From NCBI GenBank assembly GCA_051294905.1, contig CM119383.1:7874001-7938000 (forward strand): 64,000 nt of DNA. The letters are read 5' to 3'. The number at the start of each line of letters is the position of its first letter. Within the stretch, counting starts at the first letter, position 1. Below, in pieces: positions 37,701-49,700 of the stretch. The notes beneath the pieces were generated by a model. It made no database searches. It saw nothing but the letters and a program-made list of their open reading frames with translations, and was not told where the DNA came from. The DNA is from Botryllus schlosseri. Taxonomy: Eukaryota. Both the position numbers and the translations under genes were made by a program.

Positions 37701-39292
37701 TCCACTGGGAAAACAGTAACGAAACTATAATTCTCGTTTATAAATTAATTCTCAATAACAGAGAGAATATATAATTTCAGTAGTTGAAAAAATCATCTAC
37801 TACCCGACTCGAATGATTTTGTCTAGCCCGAATGGTAATATGTGCATTGTACAGCTACCAATATTATTGACGAAAGTCCGTAGTTCACCGTTACCTGTTT
37901 TGGCGCCTTCAAGAATGGCGTAGTCTATAGCGTACTTGGCTCGCGATACAGATATAGTTTGTGTGAGTTTTTCTGGAATGGAATGCAGAAAGGGGATTGT
38001 TGAAATGGCCTGTCATAGACGTTTTGCTGACCCAAGACCAACTTTTTGACAATGTATTGGAAAAGCGTTGCTAGTGTGACGTCATACTGACAGAAGATGT
38101 GTTCATACCAGGAAAATATGGTAACCCTAAAATTGTGTCATAATAGTATGACGTGGCTAAGACATGCATTTTCAATCGCTCTGCTCATTGTTACAAATAT
38201 AGATGATGGATCTGCAATCAACTAGTTCAAGCCAATGTTTTCATGGTTTTGCTTCAGATGTGTGTGTTGAGTTAATCCCTTCACGACTCAGCACTCTAAC
38301 ACTGATGGGACTTGAGCTTGAAGTGGTCGGGGGATGTTTCTGATGTTACCAGTGAATTTGGCACATTAACCTAAATCCTGACGTACGCCTACCCTAACTT
38401 GAATACATACATCCCAAGTGCCGTATCACAATTCACGCTCGTATTCAGGGAAGCATTTATCTTTCAATTCATTAATATAATATTTATGCATCATTTTCAT
38501 AATAGGTAAGCTATTACATTTCCATTGTCAAATTCACCGACGGGGACCACTGGTCATTTGTCAAAACAACATATTTTAGGTGCATATGGTAGTTGAAATA
38601 CTAAATTTGTTTCAGTATGCTATAATAAGCAAATGTGAAACATTGACGATGCTGGGGTTTGAATGAAGTGAACAACGGGTTAAAATAAAGCTTTTCTTGA
38701 GGACTTATGTACCATAGTGACCAAAGATGCCATCGCATCCTTACACTGAGCCTTTGCTTTGCTCCAAAATCTGCTGAATTCGAACAACCTCCACTCAGCA
38801 CTTTGAAGAAATGTTATGTCATCCATGCAAATGGAATTACATTTCACTGACACGCTCAGCACACAATTAGCTGCAATCAATCGCATCAACTGGCCCCTTA
38901 CTCAATCTGGCTAAGTGCAACCAGCCTAGTTTGAGTTATTGCTGGTATTTCAACGTCTTCTCCTTTTTCACAGGGAAGTGAAAATGGTGAAAGCAGTATT
39001 GCGAGATTTCTACGAGACATTTTTCCCGACTGAGTCGCAATTCGAGTTGCCACAAGACTACCGCAATCGATTCCTAGACGTGAAGACCCTCAATGAATGG
39101 AGGACTCACCGAGAGAGAGTCACTTGGTGGCTGAGATTTGCGCTTGTGGTACTGCTGCTTCTCACTGTGTTAACGTCATTGTGGGAGAGGTATTCTCTAA
39201 ATTGGAGGTTGTTGAGAAACTTGTTAAAAAGGAGAATTTTGTCCTTGTTTGGCTCTGGCGATACGGGATCTGGAAGAGAAACCACTGTGTAG
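25704..39292 (+). CDS. GNPTAB: N-acetylglucosamine-1-phosphotransferase alpha/beta precursor (Stealth family), 19 exons
   Basis: Exons 25704-25832, 26975-27390, 27775-28037, 28218-28389, 29619-29730, 30427-30567, 30624-30789, 31039-31154, 31218-31367, 31785-32590, 33596-33681, 34306-34495, 34950-35096, 35152-35230, 35839-35963, 36174-36279, 36711-36911, 36971-37107, 38974-39292, all phase-consistent. Motifs: [51 protein letters not shown], two Notch/LNR repeats, a DMAP-like region, [16 protein letters not shown], an EF-hand ([12 protein letters not shown]), [10 protein letters not shown], and a C-terminal TM. Confidence 0.98.
26538..26919. mobile_element. hAT MITE
   Basis: TIR CAGTGGTTCCCAACC / GGTTGGGAACCACTG. 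Flanks gactaagg / gactaaaa match 6 of 8 bp. Confidence 0.85.
28657..29496. mobile_element. Non-autonomous hAT element (840 bp)
   Basis: TIR CAGTGGTTCTCAACC / GGTTGAGAACCGCTG, perfect 8-bp TSD gtctagca, and repeated subterminal cgcggaccc. Confidence 0.92.
30030..30311 (+). mobile_element. hAT MITE family B, internally deleted copy
   Basis: CAGGGTTGTAATGACTCGACTCGAGTC ... GACTTGGTGACAACCCTG. No matching TSD was found. Confidence 0.8.
32704..33259 (+). mobile_element. hAT MITE family B, full length
   Basis: TIR CAGGGTTGTAA / TTACAACCCTG with perfect TSD ctctagtt and many GACTCGAGTC/GACTTG subterminal repeats. Confidence 0.93.
34514..34913. mobile_element. Decayed MITE with AAGTA(G) repeats
   Basis: Right end tacttcgctactgaccatctctg; degenerate left end ggaggcggtcaaagtagc. 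Related to ~13465-13960. Confidence 0.5.
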
Positions 39293-39899
39293 CCGAATGA
39301 CATCAGACCACCCTGGAATAATAATTGTGACAGGGCAGTAATGTGTGTGAATCTGATGTCAGCATAAACCCAGACCTCCACTGTAGGCACGCAGTCAGTC
39401 CCTGTGTCCACACTGTCAATTGCATACCACTAAAATCTACATCCAAGCTCGTGCCTCCTTGGTATGTGAATCTATGCATTTTGTGGTGCTCATGTCTAAA
39501 AGGCAAGCCTGACTGCATCTTGTTTCAATACTGATGTGATCGACAGACATTGTACTGTACAAATGTGGCTGTGGACACGCCCAATCTAGTATTGTAGCAA
39601 CAGTTTTGTCGGTACCCTTGTGCAGTAGCTACACACCATGCGAATATAGTATATATTTATGTGTAGCTGGACACCAAGTGAACATAATATATATTTACTT
39701 ACTTTCCTGATCTGGTACAAATCTCATTGCTACCTGTGCTCGTGATGTCTGATCAAATCCGATTTTTTGTGCCTGCAGCACCACTAATTGATGTAGACTA
39801 TGAATGTTTTCGTATCTTTGTGATTGAAGCCTTGTAACTCAATTTATTGCAACCACTTTTTCATCTGAGTGATTGAAAGTGCCAAAAACTGCTGATTTC

Positions 39900-40690
39900 T
39901 ATTATTCTTACTTTTTTATATCTCATCAAAACAGTGCAATAAAAGACAAGGTAACCAACAGTTTGTACTCTGTTGTCAATGGGATACAACACAGATATTA
40001 CAGTTATGTGAGCTGAAACGGGATGCCTAGATTCGCCGCTGTAGTCAAGTGATTGCGGTGTGTTGAATAGCGTTTGCAATCAATTAAAAAGTGCTCAACC
40101 ATCTCATCGACATCGCATAAACCCGTGTCGTGGCATCCGATGCTGCGAAGATGCGTGTGGAGTCTACAGTGGCCTGTTTGCAATCTTATCAGAACTGATG
40201 ATATTATTCGCGAGGATATGCTGCAGCTTGGCATGATTGTTTGCAAGTGAAACTCTCGCGATACTGCGAATTATCATCGATTCCTTGAATTCATCATTCC
40301 GGCTTTCCTCAGTTTGGCGATTTGCGATCTCAGTTCCTTGACGAACAGTGAGATTTGTTCGACCTCACGATCTGGGGTCGGGCATGCTGCACTCCTGGCT
40401 AGCTGATATGCTGCTCGTTTTGACCCACTCCTTCGTGTCCAGGAATCCATATCAGACGAGAGTAGTTACGTTGCTCCGCGACATATTTCTGGTCTCGAGA
40501 CGAGACAGGTCTTGATTAGACAGTTCTGCTAGAGAAAACAATGGACATGAAATACAATTTACGGCAAACAGTGTGGCAATACTCACAGCCATGAAGTATC
40601 CGACTTGATCTCTTACGGAGTGGGTAGAATCACTTTGTCTCATCCTGTCGCATCTATGATCACCTGGCAAAACATAAATACCAGTAACAA
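39900..40690 (-). mobile_element. 5'-truncated non-LTR retrotransposon remnant (RNase H plus C-terminal CCHC region; I/R1/Loa-like)
   Basis: Frameshifted RLIWIPGHEGVGQNE (~40410-40455) matches RNase H WIPGH..NE. IRLQTGHCRLHTHLRSIG...VEHFLIDCKRY..HR (40004-40246) matches the C-terminal zinc-binding motif. Confidence 0.85.
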
Positions 40691-41273
40691 AACGGAACCT
40701 AGATCAACTGATGCTACGCAAGTTGACAGTGCGCCGGATTGAAATTAATCATGCGGGTACGTTTCTCGTTCGTATCAATGCGTGCGTTTAACGCCCGTGC
40801 GCGCAGAAACCCGGTTTATTAATTCACAAGTAGGCATTAAATTAAGATGCCAGTAGTAGCGCCGGATCATTCGAATGACCAATTACGGATTATGTAGATT
40901 CAACCGTGCATGTTGACATGACAGACGCTGCAGCGTTGAGTCTCGCTCACCACTGTGACCCGGGACAAGTTGGCAATGGGGAAAACGGAAAGAAAACTTT
41001 CACCTTCCGAAAATACCGAAGTCGTACGATCTTCGCGACACGCTTCGCAGTAACATCCTTCGCTTTGCCGCAGACGGTTTCGTAGGTAGATACTCTTTGC
41101 GATTTGCCCGTAACGCTTCCGCGCAGCCGTTGCGACAAAATCTCGTGCATCATAACACAAAAGCGATCGCGTTTCATTGAAAAAACACCGCAAAATCTAA
41201 CTACCTTATCAGCAAGTAACTCTGAACCAGTGTTGGCCAACCCGTGGCAGTGTGATAATTGCTGAAATGGCTT

Positions 41274-41349
41274 ATATTATTAAATTAACCGCCTGCATAA
41301 CTTATGGTGAAATATTATTAAATTAACCGCCTGCATAACTTATGGTGAA
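41274..41349. repeat. Exact 38-bp tandem duplication
   Basis: atattattaaattaaccgcctgcataacttatggtgaa occurs twice. Confidence 0.9.
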
Positions 41350-41828
41350 TTTGCGTTCCAAGAAAAGAAATTGGCATTTCGCCAGGGGTTACAAGCAAAA
41401 AATTGTGACAACCCTGAAGAAAAAACAATGCTACCAGTTATGACTAGTAGGCGGCCTGATTGTCATCTGCTAACTAACATCAACACTCAAGTGTCGCACA
41501 ATCATTTGTAAACCGCATGCGAACCAACGTACTTGCCTATTCTCCTACGTAAGACGAGACTCTAAAAATTATCCCATGTTTTAATCTCGACTACGAAATA
41601 TTCAACCAAGCCCTATCGTGTCCCATGTTAGAAACGCAACAAAACGATTAGTAGCAGCAATCGAATGATATTTTGGTCTAAAAGAATAGTGCGTTCACAA
41701 TGCCGGCAATCGCGCCCAGGCACGCGGTCGCAACACGCAAATTCACGATATTAGTCTCGGGCGGGGGTGGCGCGGTCGCACACCGTTAAAAAAGTACACT
41801 TCTACGTCCGCATCGCGACTGCTCCCGT

Positions 41829-44800
41829 TTAATATCCGCTCATCCCGCCGTACAGGTAATCGCTACTCGGACCGTGGCCAGTCTCGACTTCGCCATAACC
41901 GGCTATGCCCGCCGTAGATCTCAGTTTCTCCCTCGCGTTAGCGGCCACTGCCGCAGCACGCCTCGCTATCAAAGCCCGCTGTAGCGTTGACGTAGCTGCC
42001 CCGGGCTGGGCCGTCTGCGCCCGAGCACCTGCATTGGCCCCAGCCCCGGGTGGGACAGGCAACCGTGCTTTGACCATTGCCCGTTCCCGTAACAGACGTA
42101 GATACTCGGGTGGAGGCGGGGGTAGATTGAAAGGGTCAGGGCAGGCTATCAGTCTACGCTCGTACGGGTCTAGCGCTTCGAGACGCCTTCGCCTATTGAG
42201 TAAATCGAGTAGCTCCATTCTTCCTTCTGCTTGTGGAGGCAAGGCGGTTTCACCACCATAATTATCGCCATATCCATACCCGTAGTTTTCCTGCCCCTCG
42301 AAACCAAAGGACCTTCTTTGTACACCACCGGCGGACAAGCCGTGAAAATCACCGCGACCCCTCCCGCCTCTATCGGCAAAGCCGCCCCTCATTGACGCGC
42401 CCGCGACCGCCACGCTACTCGACTCGTTGTTTTGGTTTTTGGACATTTGCACTTTGAGCGGTACGCCCCTGAAGTCGCGCCCGTTTAAACCACGTATCGC
42501 AGCGTCGGCCGCCGCATTCTCGATGTGGACGAACGCAATCTGCCTGTCCTCCACCACGTCGCATTCGGCAACGTAGCCGTAGCGCTCGAAGAGCACGCGC
42601 AGGTCGTTAGACTTCATGCCCTCGGGCAGGCTGGCAACGTGCAATTTAGTGCAGCCTGCACGGCGCGCCGCTTTCGCCTGCGAGCTGTTATCGCTAAAAC
42701 CGCCGACGCCGCCGAGTCCGTTACCGCTGCGCATGTCATTCCTGTAAGAGTGTCACACAGCGTTACGGCGACAGAATCGGACCCCATTGTCCCTTGAAAG
42801 ACCCAGTCGGAAATGGACTCGTACCAAAACAAATGTATCGTATCGAAGTAGCCTGTCTGGATTCGAAATGGCAATGATCCGCAATTTATTGCACAGAACC
42901 AATCGTATGATCGACGATGATTTCAATTTGTAAGTGACTAGGTCTAGTAGAGAGAAACGATTGTGCAGGTTATTTTATCAACAAGAATTTTAGTTACGAT
43001 ACTTTCTCCTGGTCGTGGCAGCCTTAAAACCAAAACTTGTAGCACATTGGCGAAAGCGACATTTCTGTAAAAGGGCAAAGGACCCGTAGCATTGTCACAG
43101 ATATGGTGAAAAACACCAAATTACATTGAATGCAATTGGTAATACACACATAACTAGGAACTCGACGGAATACAGAAAGGTTTGGCGTAACACATCCCTG
43201 CTGTTCATGCTGCAGAAAATAATCCCAGAAGAACGAGCTTCCTTCAGGTTACAGCAATGGTTCATAACCTTGTCGCCATCGATGTGTGCAATGTTCCCGC
43301 AAATGCAGTGGTTACTATATTCATATAATATATACCATATATTATAAGGTTTTATGCTTCATGCGCGTACTTTAAGAGTGCAATGTCTGCCATCACTCCA
43401 GATAAGGGTTTTTCCGACAAAATCTTTCGAACTAGGTACTGTCCCTTGCAGCACACTGCGCATCGAAATTTGGAAACGTGGTTCTATTCCACTTACTTCA
43501 ATTAACATGCTTTGCGGCTTTATGGGCAAAACGATCAACCAAGTATCATTGCATTCAAGAGCTGCACGTTATATAATACCAGTTGCTTTGTTTTGAGTAC
43601 AAGCATGCTAAAGCTAGAGCTGGAACTGGGTGCGATATTCCTGCTTTATTACCAAAGAACCGCATATTCAATGGATTTACTAGTCACACAAAGCAATAAC
43701 GCTAATACCAACACAACAAGGGCGTGGAATCGGGATGTGTGCATTGGGCTCAAACCCGCTGTATGAGCCCATACCCAACGGTTGTTACAACTTGATTTGA
43801 TCCCGAAAATAGTACCGAGTCGAGTTGTTGCCGGGCTCGACTCAAAGCGCAAAATATTTCCAATAGTACAAACATGGCAAGACAGACCAGACTTCAATCA
43901 GTAGGTTGTCTTTAGTACAACTCTTAAAACATAAGGGGGGGGGGGTGCCAGGCCATGAAGATATCTGAAAAGGGGCGCTGGAAAAAAAAGTTCAAGAACC
44001 ATCGCGTTACAGTATCTTAATTCCAAGTTATTTTGTTCGCGGATCATTATTAATACCTTTCTCCAGTTTTCAAAAGCGTTACGGTAACTCTGAAATAATT
44101 TCATTTCACTTATACAGCTAAAATGCATTCAAAAAAGATAAGCTTGAAGGCGGTTTATACCTTCCGGCTCCTCCTCCTCCCATACCACCTCGTCCCGCAC
44201 TTTTGCTTCTTTCAACGTTGATATCTTGACCACGAATATTCGCCTTATCCAGATTCCTGGCAATAAACTTTCATTATAAATGGTGTGTCCGTTTTCAGCG
44301 TTTCGTATCGGTTATCAATCAAGTGTTCGAAAACAACAATAATCATACTCAAAACTGATTTCAAACGTCATCATTGCGTCTTGCCATCCATATACAACAG
44401 CTTCATATACAAACGCTTGACTTTGACTGATCCGTCTGATACCAGATTTTGAAACAACTGCGCAGGCATATAGCTCCGAGTCAGAGTCAACAGCTACGCA
44501 ATACACATGCAGCAGAGCGTGTTGAATAGTATGCAGTGGTATGATTATGGTATGTGTATTTCCTTATAAAGCCACGCTATATGAAATGCACAATGTGCCT
44601 TGTAAATTTGAATCACAACGCGAAGTCATTACCGCATATGCTCATTGCTCAAGGACTGTAAGGTTACTCTCAGTCTCATGCAGCCAGAGGCAGCGCATTA
44701 CAAGTCGGGTCAAAGGTTTACTCAATTGAAGGACTCCCTTACTGAACACCGATTGCATTTGATAATGAAGTTTCCACGCGCATCTACAAATGCTACTCAC

Positions 44801-44958
44801 TTTATTGCCTCCTCAGCTTCCGCGTCTGTGGACATGTGTACAAATGCGTAACTACCAAGAACGCTACATTCCGTGACAGTCCCGTGACTCGCGAAACGAT
44901 CTTTTAACTCCTCATCCGTGATTCCTTCTGCCAGATTCCCCACAAATAGCTTCACCAT
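41829..44958 (-). CDS. RBM4: RBM4/lark-like two-RRM RNA-binding protein without CCHC knuckle
   Basis: Exons 44958-44801, 44256-44161, 42741-41829 (phase 2 / phase 2). RRM1: MVKLFVGNL...ECSVLGSYAFVHM...INVERSK. RRM2: TKLHVASL...LFERYGYVAECDVVEDRQIAFVHI...IRGLNGRDFRG..LKVQMSK. The tail is G/P/A-rich with DPY and PPPPP. A probable 5'UTR intron spans 45337-44960. Confidence 0.8.
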
Positions 44959-47684
44959 CCTGGAATATCAGTTCGCAATTCTACAAGCTACTATCGTTAC
45001 TGCAATTTTACTTCCTGCCTCTGCAATAGGAACGGACTTTGCGATACCGGAAAAACGCGTTGCCGCTAGAGGCACTCGTGAGCTCTATTGAATGATATCG
45101 ATATTGGATGAAATCGATATATAGTGGTCTTATGTCCACCCGATCTGGATACCACAGCGGTTTAGTCCCAGCGCGTAGGCGTTCGGTATGGACGACGTAA
45201 GAACGACGAATGGAAAAGGGTTGGTACTTGGTAGCTCCGCACAGTTACCGGCAAAACGCTTCTCACAGCTCTAGCTCGTCCGTTGAGCCCAATGATTGAG
45301 CGCACTATCGTCCAGCGTAGGCCCATAGCCTACTTACCAAACCTAAACCATAGTCGTTTACAGCGGTAGACGACTATGCCTTAACCGCCATGCTTCGTAA
45401 GATATATTTCCTTCATAAAGCTACCTTGAGCTCGTCGAGAAATTGCAACAGTGCCACAGGTATTTCGCCGGCAATCCTTCTCTAGGCTACGCTGCAAATT
45501 GCTGTGATCCGACGGTCGTCGAGCATTCAAGTCGAAATGTAGTAGCAGATTCTTTAGCATATGACTGTGATGGAAATTTCTGGACTACGATCTGACATTA
45601 TTACGCCTATCGACACATGCCACTTCATTTTCATCGCTCGTCCTGCCATTTTATGATATCTTCATTTACATGATTCATTACAGAAGCTATACTGGTTCAG
45701 TGAGATCATTGAAATTTCTCCTTCATAGTATTTTGGATGCACGACTCTTTTGCATCGTGTGCCATTCGTACAATTATCGGTTTTCATCCGTTGACGATTG
45801 ATTTTATGAAACTCGGCACTGGACATGAACATTGAACAACAATTCATGCGTGACCTTAGCACTAGAAATGCTAGTGTGATTTGGGTCAAAACTTGTAACT
45901 GATTTTACCCGTTACTACAGTAAATCATGACAAGCTATATGGATAGTGAAGTGTGATATCAGTGCATAACTGAATAGTGCATGAATAATAGGAAATGTGT
46001 ATGCATTGGATAAAACCTCAGAGACTCGAACACCATCTCTCTCTCTCTATATATATATATATATTATTTCTATCTCGCGCCCTCCGTACACCCTGTCCGC
46101 GTATTTAGCGCGCAAGATAATGCTTGCAGACCAAGAGAGATCAAAATGTTCAACCATATTATCGTATATGGCGTGGACACAAGCAAATCTCACGGCTCAG
46201 TGAAATTGGTGTAAGTCACACTTTCCATTTGACTTAAGGCAATTTGACGTTAAGTTTTGACTGGCTTGCCGAGCATTAAATTTGATGAAACGGGTATCAA
46301 TCGAAAGCTACGGCGGTACTGATTGCGAAAATATATATTTTATTCTTCTCGTGGTTCGCTGGAACCCCTTAAAATCGGCCTCGAATGTTGCATTGTAACG
46401 GTGTTTGGTATTGTGACGCAACCATGTCGTCTGGAAGCAGCGCAAGCCGCAAGCGTACTGGCCATCGTTGCGCAATGTGCATGCGCATTGCGCAACCGAT
46501 CGAGCATTCACACTCTCACTCTGTGCGCACTTCTGAGCTGCTTAGATGGTCTCAGCCCCACAAATTTCAGCGACTATACTCACCTCGAAATCAAAATCGC
46601 ATAACTACAACACACGTAGCCTACATCCTTGAAGAACACTAACATATTTTCCTTTCCTGTATCAGTATCAGTTTATTAATATTTTCATCGTTTCAAAACA
46701 CCATAACTGCGATACAATGAAAGGATAGGAGGGTGTCGAAACGACTTGGAGTATAGTCTTTGAAATCAGACACCCACTTTGGCCTACGCGAAGTGGAGAA
46801 GAGGCATGCACAGTAAACACTGAATGAAAATAGCATAGAATATAAAGGGCAAGCGACACAATGAAGTGGCATATGTGGCGGAAGGTCGCAGATCGATATG
46901 TTAGGTCGTGGTCCGGTTATCCTGAAGGCTGACTAGTATTCGCGTTTAGAAGAAATTGCTTGTATTTCTAGTTGAATACGGACATGCTCGACGACTGTCG
47001 AATAGCCGACGAGATACTGTTCCACACACTTGATAGAGCAATGCGTTTTCCTGTATTACGTCCTGATTATATGGTATTTGTTCTTCGTTGACGCCGAATA
47101 CAAGGAAATGCAAAATTATTTGATGTAATAATGATGATTATGACATCACCTAGGCCCAGGTGGTGATTTCAAAGACTACCGCAAGTGACTTCAACACCAT
47201 GCTATTTTTCATTGTATCGCAATCTTGCGGTGCATTTATTCGATAATAGACACTTACGTGACCTTTGACACGGACCAATCAGGTTGCAGCAGGATGTAAA
47301 CAAAGATCAAGCCCGGGCAAACTTACAATGAGCTCTTATGGAGAAAGGTTAAAAAATGAAGATATTTGGCAAAATGACATTGAAATTGGGATAGCTGGCT
47401 TTGATGAATGGTAATAACGTATAGCTAGTATGTATTTACAGTGTTCTAACCCAGAATAATCATGAATGGTGGCAAGCACGCATAAGCATGGCATGTCCAA
47501 ATTAATGGATTTCTAACAACGCTAGGATGAAGCAACTATTGCTGTATTATCCTTAGTCGTATGCAATACTATAAGATTTTCGTACCGAATAGCATGTATT
47601 AGAGGAATCTTGAGACAGGATAGGTGGGGTATTCATTATGTGTGCTCGGTGTTATATGTGTTCTATTTATAGAATCGTATATGG

Positions 47685-48201
47685 CAGGGTTGTAATGACT
47701 CGACTCGAGTCAGTCTCGAGTCACGATATTCTGAGGACTCGAGTCATTTTCTCAAAATACGGAAATGGCTCGACTCGAGTTATTGCGCATGACTCGAACC
47801 AAAGTCATATGACTCAAGACTCAGACGGCCAAGACCGACATTTCATTGCGATTTCGAAGAATAGTAAAGGAACCAACCTATTGGGATTCGGTCGATTGGT
47901 ACTATAGTACTTGAAAATGCGACCAGAAACTGTTAAAAGTGAGGAAAATTAGTATATTATAAATGGAAACCATTCGATATCACCAAACAGAGGTATAAAA
48001 GTGGGTTTAACAAGACTTTAACTGGAAACTGAGCAGTCAGCACAATGACTTGGACTCGAGTCATAATACCATGACTCGGACTCGAACCTCTGTTCGATGA
48101 CTTGGACTTGACTCGGTGGTGAATTGAAAATGACTCGAGTCAAAACTATAAAAGTGAGATTGACTTCTGACTCAGAGCCTTGTGACTTGGTTACAACCCT
48201 G
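47685..48201 (+). mobile_element. hAT MITE family B, full length, nested in the PHIS element
   Basis: TIR CAGGGTTGTAA / TTACAACCCTG with perfect TSD gtatatgg. Confidence 0.93.
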
Positions 48202-48355
48202 GTATATGGTATAGTCCAGTCTGTATCATTATCTAGCATTATCTGCATATTCAATAATCAACATATTAATATAATATATGTTAGGGAACATGATCCGTTC
48301 CCAGCTGAAATCGTCATTTTCTGCTCTAGCTCGTGTATTGAATCAATCAGGTTAA

Positions 48356-49700
48356 ATGCCGCATAAACACTGTGCTAATAGCCTGTGTAACTTGGAGATT
48401 GCTACCCAGACCGTTCCTGGTGTGCGCTTGTACCTTTCCTAGAGCCGATAACATGCACGGAAGAATGTAAAATCTGGATAAAGGCATGTGGACTTTCTAT
48501 AGCCATCTGAATTCTCATTTTATTAATAAAATGATGTATGCATTATTGTACCAAAAATATTGAATCGTCACATTTAGACACAATTTTGCGTTTCAAAATG
48601 AGTCCAAACTGAAACTAGGTGTGTGTCATATTATTCCACTCCAGTGCTTGATGGTGTGCAATGGATTGAAATTGTTGAAAGCAATATATTCAATAATGAG
48701 ATGGATAGTTGATGACATTGGTAGAGGTCGACATGAATCGGATGAGTACGCCTTGATAGGTGCCTGCACAGCAGTGTTGCTCTGTAAAATAAACAATAAA
48801 CATATTATATATTTTGTGCAGGCTTGATGGATATCTTCTATGAAGCTGCAGAAAGAGGAAGTTGATGGATAAAACGCAAGAAAATCAAATTTCTGGAAGA
48901 AGTATAGAAGCACAAAACAGGAAACTCGTCCAAGAAAATTACAAATTGACGGACAATTATTGCTAGTGAAGTTCAGCTCTCATAGCACCATAGTGTCAAA
49001 AGATGTGGAGAAGCTGATGAAATTACTTACTGGACTACATTAAATTCTTTCTGAATTGCCCGAATTATCCTACTGAAGTCAAATTTCTATCATTGTAGTA
49101 AGCATAGTGTTAAACCATTGGGTGAACTGTATGTAACTGCTTCATGAAATTTCGATTTGGCTATGTAACGATGTGGTTCTTAAAAATGCACCATTTGCAT
49201 TCATTCGTGAATTCTCAAATCTAGAATGATTATTGACTGTAATGAACTGATTAAGAAAAAAACGCCCTGCTCATTGCGATTACATTCACAATAAAATTAC
49301 ATACAACTTTAAAAGGATTGATGGATTGTGATGCACTAACTTTTGTGCGAGAACTATTCACATGGAGCTATGGTGCACCAAGAGATGCTACCATGGCAGA
49401 AAAGGGATTTGCCATTGAGTCTGAAATCAAGAAATTAAATCTAGATTTTAATATTCCTGCACATGATTGCCACACACCGTCAAATGTCACGGCCAAACTG
49501 TTCCACAACAAGAAAGATGGCGAGACATCGTATTCATATTAAACAACTGATCGGAAGAATCAAGGAGTATAAAATTTTGTCCGTTGTCATATTATGCAAC
49601 ATTGTGTATCAACTATGGACTAATTGGCTTACTCTAATTCAAGATTAAAAATTAAAAATGAATGACGCAACATATTTGGCAATTGTGCAAATTCAGTTCC
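48356..49700 (+). pseudogene. THAP-DDE_Tnp_4 transposase pseudogene
   Basis: Frameshifted MPHKHCANSLCN...VPFLEPITCTEECKIWIKACG (THAP). Later MAEKGFAI...NIP and TRKMARHRIHIKQLIGRIKEYKIL match MADKGF...RIHVERxIGRIKxFKIL of Harbinger/ISL2EU DDE cores. Confidence 0.82.

Noticed and set aside
39299-39361. Hairpin just after the GNPTAB stop as a SECIS element
   Set aside because: A 9-bp inverted repeat (tgacatcag/ctgatgtca) is present, but there is no apical AA at the right spacing, and no in-frame UGA in the gene needs recoding.
39343-39534. Cys-rich 63-aa ORF in the GNPTAB 3'UTR
   Set aside because: Explained by TG-rich (CpG-depleted) UTR composition. GTG start and no recognisable Cys pattern.
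40860-41240. Two overlapping 97-aa minus-strand ORFs in a CpG-rich block
   Set aside because: Non-ATG starts, no motifs, and adjacent to a hAT-like terminus (cagtgttggccaac, ~41228). Probably repeat- or UTR-derived.
3786-41349. Short direct repeats (20 bp at 3786, 18 bp at 13712, 38 bp at 41274) as CRISPR arrays
   Set aside because: They are head-to-tail duplications without spacers in a eukaryotic genome, with no cas genes.
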